Positions 34,755 through 44,942 of a DNA stretch of 53,960 nt are shown piece by piece. The notes under the pieces are model-generated. The model was not told the DNA's origin. It did no database searches and saw only the letters and a list, made by a program, of their open reading frames with translations. Position 1 is the first letter of the stretch, and each line of letters begins with the position of its first letter. The DNA lies in assembly GCA_041595255.1 (NCBI GenBank), contig JBFHKR010000002.1:1-53960 (forward strand). Direction: 5' to 3'. The position numbers were made by a program, and so were the translations under genes. The stretch comes from Chlorobiota bacterium. Lineage in GTDB: Bacteria > Bacteroidota > Ignavibacteria > Kapaibacteriales > UBA2268.

Positions 34755-35933
34755 ATGACATTAAATCTTATTGAAAGAGAAAGTAAAGTAATTCTTCAAA
34801 CATATGGAAGATTGCCTGTTGAAATAGACTATGCAAATGGTTGTTTTATATATGATACTGATGGTAATGAATATTTAGATTTCTTAGGTGGTATAGCTGT
34901 TAATGTCTTGGGGCATTCTCACCCAGAAATTATTGAAGCGATTATTGAACAGTCTAATAAATATCTTCATGTATCTAATTTCTTCTATCAGAGACCTCAG
35001 ATAGAACTAGCAGAAATGCTTAAATATCGTACAGGTTATGACAAAGTTTTTTATTCTAACTCAGGGGCTGAGTCTACGGAAGGTGCTTTGAAATTTGCTC
35101 GGAAGTGGGGGGCTAATTTAGGTAAAAGTCAAGTAATTGCATTTACAGGTGGTTTTCATGGTAGAACTTATGGAGCTTTGTCTCTCATGGAAGGAGAAAA
35201 CTATAAGAAAGATATGGGACCTTTCATCGAAGACATTAAGATACTAGAGTTTAACTCAATTAGTGCCTTAGAAAATAATATTGATTACAATACAGCTGCA
35301 GTGTTCATTGAATTTATACAAGGTTCTGGAGGTTTGAGTGTTGCTGACCCTGAATGGGTAAGTAAGATATCCGAATTACAAGAAAAATATAATTTTCTAA
35401 TTGTCGCTGACGAAGTTCAATCAGGTTTAGGCAGAACAGGCAAGTTCTTTAGTTTTGAGCACTTTGACATCAAACCTGATATTGTAACAATAGCAAAAGG
35501 GTTGGGGGGTGGAATACCAATTGGTGCTATATTATTAAACAAAAAAACTTCAAATTTATTGGGTGCTGGTCAACATGGAACTACTTTTGGCGGTAATGCA
35601 TTAGCATGCGCTACAGGACTTGTTGTTCTAAGAAAGCTAAATGAAGGACTTCAGACAGATATCAATCGTATTGCATCTTACTTAAAAAAGAAATTGCAAG
35701 AATTAATCTTGAAATATCCTGATAAAATTAGATCATATAAAGGGCTTGGATTGATGTGTGGACTTGATTTCTTTATACCTGCTAAACAAATTGTATTAGA
35801 ATTATTGAAAAAGAAGATAATTGCTAATTCTACCTCTAATACAGTTTTAAGATTAGTACCACCTTATATAATTGATAATTCGATGGTAGATAGACTAGTT
35901 GAAGAACTAGACTCAATACTCAAAGAACTATAA
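34755..35933 (+). CDS. argD: Class-III PLP aminotransferase, acetylornithine aminotransferase-like
   Basis: 392 aa. Motifs are 'GGIAVNVLGHSHP', 'SNSGAESTEGALKFARKW' and 'ADEVQSGLGRTGKFF'. The PLP lysine lies in 'DIVTIAKGLGGG', followed by 'HGTTFGGNALAC'. The substrate assignment is tentative. Confidence 0.75.
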   Translation: MTLNLIERESKVILQTYGRLPVEIDYANGCFIYDTDGNEYLDFLGGIAVNVLGHSHPEIIEAIIEQSNKYLHVSNFFYQRPQIELAEMLKYRTGYDKVFYSNSGAESTEGALKFARKWGANLGKSQVIAFTGGFHGRTYGALSLMEGENYKKDMGPFIEDIKILEFNSISALENNIDYNTAAVFIEFIQGSGGLSVADPEWVSKISELQEKYNFLIVADEVQSGLGRTGKFFSFEHFDIKPDIVTIAKGLGGGIPIGAILLNKKTSNLLGAGQHGTTFGGNALACATGLVVLRKLNEGLQTDINRIASYLKKKLQELILKYPDKIRSYKGLGLMCGLDFFIPAKQIVLELLKKKIIANSTSNTVLRLVPPYIIDNSMVDRLVEELDSILKEL

Positions 35934-38216
35934 CTTTGGATATATCTTGTTTGAAGCCTTATTTAATCCATCCTCAATAATAGATTTAGGGATATCAACA
36001 TCATATCCTGAAGTAGGGGCAGTATTATAGAATTTACTTTTCAATTCAAGTGTTTTTTTGAATTCTATTTCAGCTTCTTCAAACCTTCCCAAATGGAGCA
36101 GAGAATAAGCATGTAGATTCATAGCATATAAGCTGTTTGGTATTAATTCTAATGATCTACTAGACCAACTTAATGCTTCGTTAAAACGTTTATCATTGCC
36201 AGTGAACTGAGCTAAACTTGCACAAGCACTAGCTTCTATCATCGGTGATAAATTCCCACATTTTAAAGCAAATTTTATAGTTTCTTCAGCTTCTTTTTTT
36301 AAATTCATGTGCCCCAAAGTTTGACCTAATTGATACCATGCATACCCATTTGTTGGTTCTTCTCTTACATGTTGGAGTAACATCCGGTAATTCCTTTCGA
36401 TTTTACTTTCCATTATTTCTCTTGATTGATCATATCCAAGATGGTATATTATAATATCTGATTGCATCAATACTAGATTGTTTTCTTTTAGAGAAGGTGA
36501 AATTTGTTCATGAACTCTACCTTGGAATTTCACTTTGTTAACACCTAGATTTCTAAAGATTCTAGGATAACTTCCCCTGTGTACATCAGATTTGTCTCCT
36601 GTTAAGTTTGCATGTGGTGATTCTATAGTACAAATCAATCCACCAGTATTATCAGGTAGTTCACGAAGTGATTTTCTAAATTTATCAACTTCGAACTGTG
36701 AAATCCTTTCGTCCGCATCTAAATACAATACCCATTTACCTTTAGAGTATTTCAATGATTCGTTTCTTGCTGCTGCAAAATCATTTATCCAATCAAAAAA
36801 ATATACTTTAGCGCCAAATTCTTTAGCTATTTCAACTGTTCTATCTGTTGAACCTGTATCTACTATCACTATTTCATCAACAAGTCTCTCGGCAGATTCT
36901 AAACAACCTCGAATCATTTTTTCTTCATTCTTGACTATCATAGATAGTGTGATTAGTGGTTCAGTATTATTTTCTTTTGTCTTATTTACTTTTAGATCTT
37001 TTATACTATTTAAAACTACATTAATGTATCCATCTATTTCTTTTCTTTGAGGAGCAGCCTGTTTGGCCTTCCTTAAGTAAATAAGTGCATTTTCATAATC
37101 AGATTCTTTATTTAGTATATCAGCTATTCCAACTAAACAATTTATATCTTTTTCGTTATGTTTTAACCCTTCTTTAAAATTAAGTTTAGAAACTTTTATA
37201 TTTCCAATAGCTAGATATGATCTGCCTAGTCTAAAGTATATTTGGGAAGTTGGTAATTTATAATCACCAATTATGTTTGATTTCAAATCCTCATTAGCAT
37301 ATGCTTCAAGCATTGCATTATAACTCTCAATAGCTTTATTATGAAGATGATTATCATAGTGACACTCTCCAATAATATAATTTGCAAATCCTTGATTTGG
37401 TTGTAAGGATAATGATAGTTCGGCTCTTGCTTTCGCTAAATCTTTATTATTGTTTTTATATGCTATTAATGCTCCATAGTTTAAGGCCTGAGGTTTAACG
37501 GAGTCATCATTTGTTGAAATACTAATCGCATCTGCTATTATTGTTTCAGCATTATGCAGGTCATTCAAAGCTAGGTAAGTTCTAGCCAATTGGAATAAAT
37601 TATAAGCATTATTGGGATCTAATTTAGTTTGTCTCAATAGTAAATCTAAATTCCTTTTTTGTTTTTTCCTCATTGTTACTGCATCATGATTATATCCCTC
37701 GTGAATGAATTCTATATTAGAATCTGAGATCTTAAAACCTGCATTAATAATTGAATCAATAACTTGTTCGTGAATAATACCTTCAAATCTTATATTAGGA
37801 TTATTCCTAAAAAGTCTTATCATTTTAGAATTGAATACATCTTTGCCTTCCTTTTTGTCATTATAGGAGACAACTTTTACCATGATTCCTCCTATATTTT
37901 GATCTATCTGATTGAGTTTTAATTCAACTGAATTCGGATTAACAAGCCTTTCATCACAATCAATAGATAAAATAAAATCATTTTTTGCATGATGTAAGCA
38001 AAAATTACGTGCAGCAGCAAAATCATCATTCCACTCATAGTTTAAAACTCTATTCGTATATTCTAAGGCGATTGATTTTGTGTTATCAGTTGATCCAGTG
38101 TCTACGATTATTATATCATTAGATATACTTTTGACTGATTCTAAGCAATCTCTTATCATATTCTCTTCATTTTTTGCTATAATACAGACAGAAAGTGAGT
38201 TTTTAATGCTATTCAT
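35928..38216 (-). CDS. Cytoplasmic double-module glycosyltransferase: (GT2 + TPR) x 2
   Basis: 762 aa. Module A (aa 1-420) has 'CIIAKNEENMIRDCLESV...IIIVDTGSTDNT...NDDFAAARN...LSIDCDERL'. Module B (aa 421-762) has 'SMIVKNEEKMIRGCLESA...IVIVDTGSTDRT...INDFAAARN...LYLDADERI'. Each is followed by TPR-like helices. There is no signal peptide or TM helix. Confidence 0.8.
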   Translation of the reverse strand: MNSIKNSLSVCIIAKNEENMIRDCLESVKSISNDIIIVDTGSTDNTKSIALEYTNRVLNYEWNDDFAAARNFCLHHAKNDFILSIDCDERLVNPNSVELKLNQIDQNIGGIMVKVVSYNDKKEGKDVFNSKMIRLFRNNPNIRFEGIIHEQVIDSIINAGFKISDSNIEFIHEGYNHDAVTMRKKQKRNLDLLLRQTKLDPNNAYNLFQLARTYLALNDLHNAETIIADAISISTNDDSVKPQALNYGALIAYKNNNKDLAKARAELSLSLQPNQGFANYIIGECHYDNHLHNKAIESYNAMLEAYANEDLKSNIIGDYKLPTSQIYFRLGRSYLAIGNIKVSKLNFKEGLKHNEKDINCLVGIADILNKESDYENALIYLRKAKQAAPQRKEIDGYINVVLNSIKDLKVNKTKENNTEPLITLSMIVKNEEKMIRGCLESAERLVDEIVIVDTGSTDRTVEIAKEFGAKVYFFDWINDFAAARNESLKYSKGKWVLYLDADERISQFEVDKFRKSLRELPDNTGGLICTIESPHANLTGDKSDVHRGSYPRIFRNLGVNKVKFQGRVHEQISPSLKENNLVLMQSDIIIYHLGYDQSREIMESKIERNYRMLLQHVREEPTNGYAWYQLGQTLGHMNLKKEAEETIKFALKCGNLSPMIEASACASLAQFTGNDKRFNEALSWSSRSLELIPNSLYAMNLHAYSLLHLGRFEEAEIEFKKTLELKSKFYNTAPTSGYDVDIPKSIIEDGLNKASNKIYPKL

Positions 38217-38410
38217 TGTAACGTTATTATGAGTTGAAGTGTCTTTAAAATCTAATATAAATAAAATTACAATTATATTTTTAAATTATAGATAATTTCT
38301 AGGTTTGTACTATTCCACAAGATTGTAAAAAGTAAATATTATTTCGTAACTTAAAGATTATATTTTTATAGATTTATTAAAAAATAACAAAATTATTACT
38401 TGGTTTTATT

Positions 38411-41400
38411 ATGAAAAGAATTATTACACTACTTTCAATATGTATGATAACGGCGAGCTTTTTATATGCTCAACAACAATTACCAAATTTGCCAAATCTT
38501 GAAACTAATAATTTCAAAGAATTTTCTAATGAGTACAATAAATACTTTGAAGAAATTAAATTACTTAATCCTGAATCTGAAAATCCACTAAAAGGATTAG
38601 GGTTTAAACCATTCAAAAGATGGGAATATTTTTTGTCAAGTAGAATAGATGCGAATGGGAATTTACCTTCTAGAAAAGAAATAAGAGATAGTTATAATAA
38701 TTTTAGAAATACTTTTCTATATAATAAAGAAAACAAGATTCAAGCTGAACAAGATTGGAAACCTTTGGGCCCATACAATTGGACTGGAACAGGTTTAGGA
38801 AGAATAAACGCAATAGCAGTAAATCCTTCGAACACTAACATAATATATATAGGAGCAGCTACCGGTGGAATTTGGAAATCTACTAATGGTGGTAGCACAT
38901 GGGCTGAGTCTGTGACACCAGATGTTTACTCTTTAGGAATTTCAGATATCTCTATTTGTAAGTCTAATCCAAATGTAATATTAGCAGCAACTGGTGATGC
39001 AAATGCACCAAATAGTACATACAATGCATTTAGTTCAGGCTTATTACTATCAACTGACGATGGTAACTCTTGGAAAGAAATTAATGTAGATGCAATTAAA
39101 ACTAATATAGAGCAATCAGATGGAATAATAATTTATAGTGTCCTAATAAACCATAGCAATTCTTCAAAATTTGTAATAGCAACGAATATTGGCGTATACC
39201 ATAGTGATAATAGTGGCAATAGTTGGACTAGGTCTAACAATTCGCTATGTAGAGATTTAAAAATGCATCCAACAAACCCTGATATATTATATGGTGCATT
39301 TAGAACAGCTAACAATGAATACACTGTTATGCGTTATGTAAGTGGTGCTTGGTTTACAAATGGAGCTTTTGTTATATCCAATTGTAATAGGATTGAATTA
39401 GCAGTAAATGATGCACATCCAGGTGTTTGTTATGGTTTGAGTACAGACATATATGATGGTTTTAGAAATGTATTCAAATCAGAAAATTCTGGTCAATCTT
39501 GGATTGAAGTTACTTCCTCAAGCGGACACCCAAATTATCTTTACTTTACTTTTGATGGATTAGTAAATGGTCAAGTACCTCAAGGAGGTCAAGGCTGGTA
39601 TGATTTAGCGATTGCAGTATCTTCGAAGAGTAAAAGTATAGTAACTATTGGTGGAATTAATAATTGGAAAACAACTGATGGTGGAACAACTTACTCAATT
39701 AAAACATTTCAGCAAGCTTGGCAAGGTGCAGATGAAGTTCACTCTGACCAACATATATTAGTTTATGATTCAAAAGGAACTCTTTATGTGGGCAATGACG
39801 GAGGTATTTATAAGTCAACTGATGATGGAGAAAATTGGACTAATATATCAGCTGGACTAAATATAACTCAATATTATAAATTTGGCCAAGCTAATGACAA
39901 TAAAGAACGAATACTTGCAGGTGCTCAAGATAATGGAACAATTCTAAAATTGAACTCAAATCAATGGGGCGCAGTATATGGCGGTGACGGGTTTGATTGT
40001 GATGTAGACCCTAATAATTCTAGTATTATGTATGCTTCTACTTATATTCAACGTTCAGGCTTTTTTTACAAATCTGTAAATGGAGGTCAATCTTGGGGAC
40101 AACAACCTATAATTTATCCAAATAATCCTAGTATTAACGAGATAGCTTCTTGGGTAAGTCCATTTACTATTGATGAAAATAATTCTAATTTGTACGTAGG
40201 ATACCAAAATGTTTATAAGAGTATAAACCAAGGTACAAGTTGGTCAAAGATAAGTAATTTCGGTCAACAATCATACCCTATAACTGAAATTGCCTTAGCA
40301 CCTTCTAACTCAAACTATATTTATATAATAATAAATAATCAAGTGCTGAAGACAACAAATGGTGGACAGGCTTGGACTAGCGTTTATACAGCACCTAATC
40401 CATTAACCGTACGAAATTTGACGGTTAATCCTACTAAACCAGATGAAATATATGTTGTCTTAGGCGGTTATTCAAATGGGAATAAAGTCATTAAAGTTGT
40501 TGGTACTAATTCAACAAATATATCTGGGGATCTCCCTAATTTTCCTGTCAATTGTGTGACTTATCAAAAAGGTTCTAATGACAGAATTTACATTGGAACA
40601 GATATCGGAGTGTTCACTAAAGATGCTGCTACACAATGGCAATATATGGCAGAAGGTATGCCACAGGTTATAATATCTGAGTTAAAAATACATTATCCTA
40701 GTGGAATGTTGCGTGCAGCTACTTATGGAAGAGGAATGTGGGAAATTCCTGTTAATGATTGCGCCCTGGATATTCCGAATATAACGTCTAATATTGAAAT
40801 ACAGAATAATCAAATAAGAGTTTGTGAAGGAGAGGACTTAGAGTTGACTCTAGAAAATGGAGATTATGATACATTTGAATGGTCTACAGGACAAAAGACA
40901 AGAAAAATAAATCCTAAAACTAATGGAATTTATTACGTCTCAGTATTTGATGATAGTGGGTGCGAAGTTAAATCAGTTGAACTTAATGTTCAATTTATAG
41001 ATGTAAAAGAAATCAGAATTACTGATTCTGATCTAAATGAAATTACTAATACTACTTTCTGTGAAGGAGATAGCGTAGAAATAAAGTATTCTGGTCTTTA
41101 TACTAATTCAATATGGTCAAATGGAGAAAAGGGTAAAAGAACTATTTGGGTTAAAGAAGCTGGTACTTATTTTGTAAGTGCAACAACTACTGATGGATGC
41201 GGTACTACTTCTCAGAGTGTGACAATAACAAAGTTACCATCACCACCAAAACCAGATATCAGTATTGATAACGAGGGTTTTTTGATTACTAATACAAAAG
41301 CAGACAAATACAAATGGTATCAAGATGGGAATTTGTTATTTGGGGAAGAAGAAAGTAGATTCAAGCCCTTTGAGGAGGGTAATTACCAAGTCGAAACTAT

Positions 41401-41719
41401 AATAAATGGAATGGAATGTACTGGTAAATCTGATAGTTATGCATTTACCATATCAAATATACCTATCATAGAAAATAATGGTTACTTTAAGATTTCACCT
41501 AACCCATTTGAAGATGTTCTTTTACTTACTAATTCAGAATCAATATTTATAAGAAAAATAAAAGTAATTGATTTAGATGGTAGAACTGTTAAAACGTTCG
41601 AGAGTCTTAATAATTCGAATAATATTGAATTGAATCTAAATCATTTAACGATTGGTACGTATATATTACAAATAGAAACTAATAACAAGATTATTACGCA
41701 AAAAATTATTAAAAACTAA
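38411..41719 (+). CDS. BNR/Asp-box repeat beta-propeller protein (sortilin/VPS10- or GH74-like) with Cys-bracketed Ig-like repeats and a T9SS C-terminal sorting domain
   Basis: 1102 aa. The signal peptide is 'MKRIITLLSICMITASFLYAQ'. There are about 9 Asp-box motifs (STNGGSTW, STDDGNSW, SDNSGNSW, SENSGQSW, TTDGGTTY, STDDGENW, SVNGGQSW, SINQGTSW, TTNGGQAW). Ig-like repeats include 'CEGEDLEL...WSTGQKT...GCEV'. The tail ends 'GTYILQIETNNKIITQKIIKN'. Confidence 0.8.
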   Translation: MKRIITLLSICMITASFLYAQQQLPNLPNLETNNFKEFSNEYNKYFEEIKLLNPESENPLKGLGFKPFKRWEYFLSSRIDANGNLPSRKEIRDSYNNFRNTFLYNKENKIQAEQDWKPLGPYNWTGTGLGRINAIAVNPSNTNIIYIGAATGGIWKSTNGGSTWAESVTPDVYSLGISDISICKSNPNVILAATGDANAPNSTYNAFSSGLLLSTDDGNSWKEINVDAIKTNIEQSDGIIIYSVLINHSNSSKFVIATNIGVYHSDNSGNSWTRSNNSLCRDLKMHPTNPDILYGAFRTANNEYTVMRYVSGAWFTNGAFVISNCNRIELAVNDAHPGVCYGLSTDIYDGFRNVFKSENSGQSWIEVTSSSGHPNYLYFTFDGLVNGQVPQGGQGWYDLAIAVSSKSKSIVTIGGINNWKTTDGGTTYSIKTFQQAWQGADEVHSDQHILVYDSKGTLYVGNDGGIYKSTDDGENWTNISAGLNITQYYKFGQANDNKERILAGAQDNGTILKLNSNQWGAVYGGDGFDCDVDPNNSSIMYASTYIQRSGFFYKSVNGGQSWGQQPIIYPNNPSINEIASWVSPFTIDENNSNLYVGYQNVYKSINQGTSWSKISNFGQQSYPITEIALAPSNSNYIYIIINNQVLKTTNGGQAWTSVYTAPNPLTVRNLTVNPTKPDEIYVVLGGYSNGNKVIKVVGTNSTNISGDLPNFPVNCVTYQKGSNDRIYIGTDIGVFTKDAATQWQYMAEGMPQVIISELKIHYPSGMLRAATYGRGMWEIPVNDCALDIPNITSNIEIQNNQIRVCEGEDLELTLENGDYDTFEWSTGQKTRKINPKTNGIYYVSVFDDSGCEVKSVELNVQFIDVKEIRITDSDLNEITNTTFCEGDSVEIKYSGLYTNSIWSNGEKGKRTIWVKEAGTYFVSATTTDGCGTTSQSVTITKLPSPPKPDISIDNEGFLITNTKADKYKWYQDGNLLFGEEESRFKPFEEGNYQVETIINGMECTGKSDSYAFTISNIPIIENNGYFKISPNPFEDVLLLTNSESIFIRKIKVIDLDGRTVKTFESLNNSNNIELNLNHLTIGTYILQIETNNKIITQKIIKN

Positions 41720-41729
41720 CTGATACTTA

Positions 41730-44700
41730 ATGAAAAAAATTATATTAATATTATTCCTTTGTGCTTTCGTTTTAAAAGCACAGAAATTCGAAGATTTAGA
41801 AAAAACTAACTTAAAGTTCAACCAAATTCAACAAATTTTTCAAAATGAACTGATTGGTAAAGCAGGTTTAGATACTCTAAAGGGATGGAAACAGTTCAAA
41901 AGATGGGAATGGTTCTGGGGGCAGAGATTACAAGGTGAATCTACTATACCTGATGCTTTGGAAATAAAAAAATTAGCTGAATTTTATAAAGTCCTTGAGA
42001 AAACTAAAAATAGTTCTGTGCAATCTGTAACTTGGGAAAAATATGGCCCGTTTAAAACACCAGAAAGTACTGGTAGATCGCAAGGTATAGGCAGAGTCAA
42101 TGATTTGTCTATTTCACCAACAAATGATAATTATATGATCGCTGGTTCTGCATCTGGGGGGGCTTGGAGATCTACAGATGCTGGGAAATCATGGATCGAG
42201 ATAGATATGACAGACCAGCTATCAATAGGAATTTCAGATATCGAATTTGCTCCATCTGATTCTAAAATAGTATATATGGCTACTGGAGATGCAAATGGGA
42301 CTATGGGGTCTAATGCATCTTATTATTCAGTTGGTCTTTTAAAATCAACAGATGCAGGAGTTACATTCAATGAAACTAGTATATATTATGAATTAGGTGA
42401 AAGTAAAGTAATAACAAGAGTAATTGTTCATCCTTCAAATCCTGATATTGTAATTGTTTCTTCTCGTGATGGAATATTCAAATCTATCGATGGAGCTAAA
42501 ACTTGGAATAGAGTTTTTAGTACAACAGCAATTAAAGATATGGAATTACATCCAACGAATCCCAGTATTATTTATGCTAGCTCCATGAATTTTTCTGGAA
42601 ATAATAACATCTATAAATCAACTAATAATGGCGATAATTGGGTACTAATACATCAAGTTAATAATTCTAGAAGAACAGAAATTGCAGTAACACCAGATGC
42701 ACCTAATAATGTATACTTACTCTCCTGTGCAATACACAGAGGTTTTTTAAATATTGAAGTTTCAAATAATGAAGGTGAAAGCTTTAGTGAAATCGCAACC
42801 CAATCTTCAGTAGGAAACTTACTAGGTTGGAGTGATGGTAGTGACTTTAATGTAGGTCAAGGACCATATGATTTAGCTATTGCAGTAAACCCAAAGAATA
42901 AAAATGAAATATATATAGGTGGTGTTAATATATGGAAATCTACAAATGGTGGATCAAACTGGGAATTACATTCTCACTGGTACGGAGGATTTAACAAACC
43001 AGAAATTCATGCAGATCAACACCATTTTATATTTTCTAAAACGGGTGATAAGCTATATGTATCAAATGATGGTGGAGTATATAGAAACTTAGTTGGTTCA
43101 GATTTATGGGACGAACTTAATAACGGAATGGATATAACACAATTTTATAGGCTTGGAGTTTCACAATCTTCGCCATTTGATGTTATCTCTGGTAGCCAAG
43201 ATAACGGTACCTCGAGATATGATGGGCAGAATTGGAAAAAGGCTTACAGTGGTGACGGAATGGAATGCGCTATTGATCCAAAGAATGATAATTATGTTTA
43301 TGTCTCGCAACCTTATGGGACATTACGCAGATCAAGTAATGGTGGTAGTAGCTTCACTTCAATGTTTAATAGTGATATTATTGAAGATTATGGTGAAACA
43401 GAAACTGGTGGATGGGTTACTCCATTTGTAATAAGTCAATCGAATCCTAAGAATATATTTGCTGGCTATTTTAATGTTTGGAAAAACACTAATTATGGTA
43501 ATAGAAATAATTGGATAAAAATCTCTGATTTCGGAAATAATTCTAACTTAAATTTAGTTGCATTGGCTGTATCAGAAAAGGATGAAAATTATATATATGC
43601 TGCTACTACAGGAGTACTTAGACGATCTACCAACGGTGGATTAGATTGGGAAGTTATACATAATTCTTCTAGCGCTATTACATATATAGCAATAAACCCA
43701 GATAATCCGAATCAAATATATGTTACTAAATCGGGCTATAAAAATAATGATAAGGTTCTTTTCTATAATGGAATTGAGTGGAAAGATATAAGTGGTAATT
43801 TACCACCACTTCCAATAAATACTGTTGTAATAGAGAATCCCAATAAATACTCTGTATATATAGGTACAGATATTGGTGTTTTTTATTCAGATTTGAATTC
43901 TGGGTATTGGAAAAAATTAGAAGGCGAGATGCCTAATACAATTGTAAATGAATTGGAAATCCACAAGAATTCAGGGAAATTATATGCAGCAACATATGGT
44001 AGAGGACTTTGGAGAACTGATTTACTAGGTTGTGAATCTATAAATCTACCAGTAAATATTATTGGAGATTTAGAATTTTGCGAAGGAGATTCTGTAATAA
44101 TTGAATCTGCTAATGTTCAAAGTTCATATTTATGGAACAATGGCGAGAAAACTAAAAGTATAGTTGTTAAAGAATCTGGAAACTATGTACTTACTAATCC
44201 AACTGACACTTATTGCGTAGATAAATCAAATATTGTAACAGTGAATGTTCTAAGTAAAGATGAATCAGTTATTTCTGTTCCTGATGGAAATATAATTTGT
44301 AGTAATAAGGAATCTATAAGGCTTTCAGCGCCGTTTAGCTATAGTAATGTAGAGTGGTCAACTGGGCAAAAGATTAAATTTATAAGTGTTTCAGAGCCTG
44401 GGATTTATACAATAGTAGCAACTAATAATAAAGGTTGTGAAGTAAGAGATACTATTGAAGTATTCAAATCATCACTACAGAATGATATAGAAATATTTCA
44501 ATCTGGAGAAGTTTTATCCGTACCAGAAGGCTATTCGTACCGTTGGTTTTTAAATGACACATTAATTGAAAATTCTTCTACGAATAAAATCGTTGCCTCT
44601 AAATTGGGCACCTATAAGGTTGAAATAAAAGATGAATACGGATGTGTTGTTACGCCAAAGATAGTTGAAGTACTGAGTAATATTGAATCAATTTCTGACA

Positions 44701-44942
44701 ATAAAAATATTATTATTTATCCAACTATTACTTATGGTATTGTTAATGTCACTTTAAATGATCCATTATTATATAACTCTAATTTAGAGATTTATAATTT
44801 AATTGGTGTCAAGATTGATGATTTCGAATTCAACAATTCTCCTACAATTAAATTGGATTTAAGTAGCTATACTAAAGGCGCATATATTATCAAGATAATT
44901 AGCGGAAATAATACTTTCTACCAAAAAATTATACTTAGATAA
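41730..44942 (+). CDS. Paralogous BNR/Asp-box repeat beta-propeller protein with Cys-bracketed Ig-like repeats and a T9SS C-terminal sorting domain
   Basis: 1070 aa with the same architecture as the upstream gene, 10 nt away. Its 'WKQFKRWEWFWGQRL' matches 'FKPFKRWEYFLSSRI'. Asp-boxes include STDAGKSW, STDAGVTF, SIDGAKTW, STNNGDNW, STNGGSNW, SSNGGSSF and STNGGLDW. The tail ends 'GAYIIKIISGNNTFYQKIILR'. Confidence 0.8.
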   Translation: MKKIILILFLCAFVLKAQKFEDLEKTNLKFNQIQQIFQNELIGKAGLDTLKGWKQFKRWEWFWGQRLQGESTIPDALEIKKLAEFYKVLEKTKNSSVQSVTWEKYGPFKTPESTGRSQGIGRVNDLSISPTNDNYMIAGSASGGAWRSTDAGKSWIEIDMTDQLSIGISDIEFAPSDSKIVYMATGDANGTMGSNASYYSVGLLKSTDAGVTFNETSIYYELGESKVITRVIVHPSNPDIVIVSSRDGIFKSIDGAKTWNRVFSTTAIKDMELHPTNPSIIYASSMNFSGNNNIYKSTNNGDNWVLIHQVNNSRRTEIAVTPDAPNNVYLLSCAIHRGFLNIEVSNNEGESFSEIATQSSVGNLLGWSDGSDFNVGQGPYDLAIAVNPKNKNEIYIGGVNIWKSTNGGSNWELHSHWYGGFNKPEIHADQHHFIFSKTGDKLYVSNDGGVYRNLVGSDLWDELNNGMDITQFYRLGVSQSSPFDVISGSQDNGTSRYDGQNWKKAYSGDGMECAIDPKNDNYVYVSQPYGTLRRSSNGGSSFTSMFNSDIIEDYGETETGGWVTPFVISQSNPKNIFAGYFNVWKNTNYGNRNNWIKISDFGNNSNLNLVALAVSEKDENYIYAATTGVLRRSTNGGLDWEVIHNSSSAITYIAINPDNPNQIYVTKSGYKNNDKVLFYNGIEWKDISGNLPPLPINTVVIENPNKYSVYIGTDIGVFYSDLNSGYWKKLEGEMPNTIVNELEIHKNSGKLYAATYGRGLWRTDLLGCESINLPVNIIGDLEFCEGDSVIIESANVQSSYLWNNGEKTKSIVVKESGNYVLTNPTDTYCVDKSNIVTVNVLSKDESVISVPDGNIICSNKESIRLSAPFSYSNVEWSTGQKIKFISVSEPGIYTIVATNNKGCEVRDTIEVFKSSLQNDIEIFQSGEVLSVPEGYSYRWFLNDTLIENSSTNKIVASKLGTYKVEIKDEYGCVVTPKIVEVLSNIESISDNKNIIIYPTITYGIVNVTLNDPLLYNSNLEIYNLIGVKIDDFEFNNSPTIKLDLSSYTKGAYIIKIISGNNTFYQKIILR

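Noticed and set aside
36592-37050. 152-aa plus-strand ORF
   Set aside because: It is antisense to the GT2-TPR gene, exactly over its conserved second GT2 module. It has no independent support.
38300-38307. Bacteroidetes-type -7 promoter element TAnnTTTG (TAGGTTTG) upstream of the first BNR gene; a similar TATATTTG lies upstream of cdaA
   Set aside because: Such 8-mers arise easily in AT-rich spacers. The spacing to a -33 TTTG does not fit. The lineage appears to use SD sites and may not use that promoter type.
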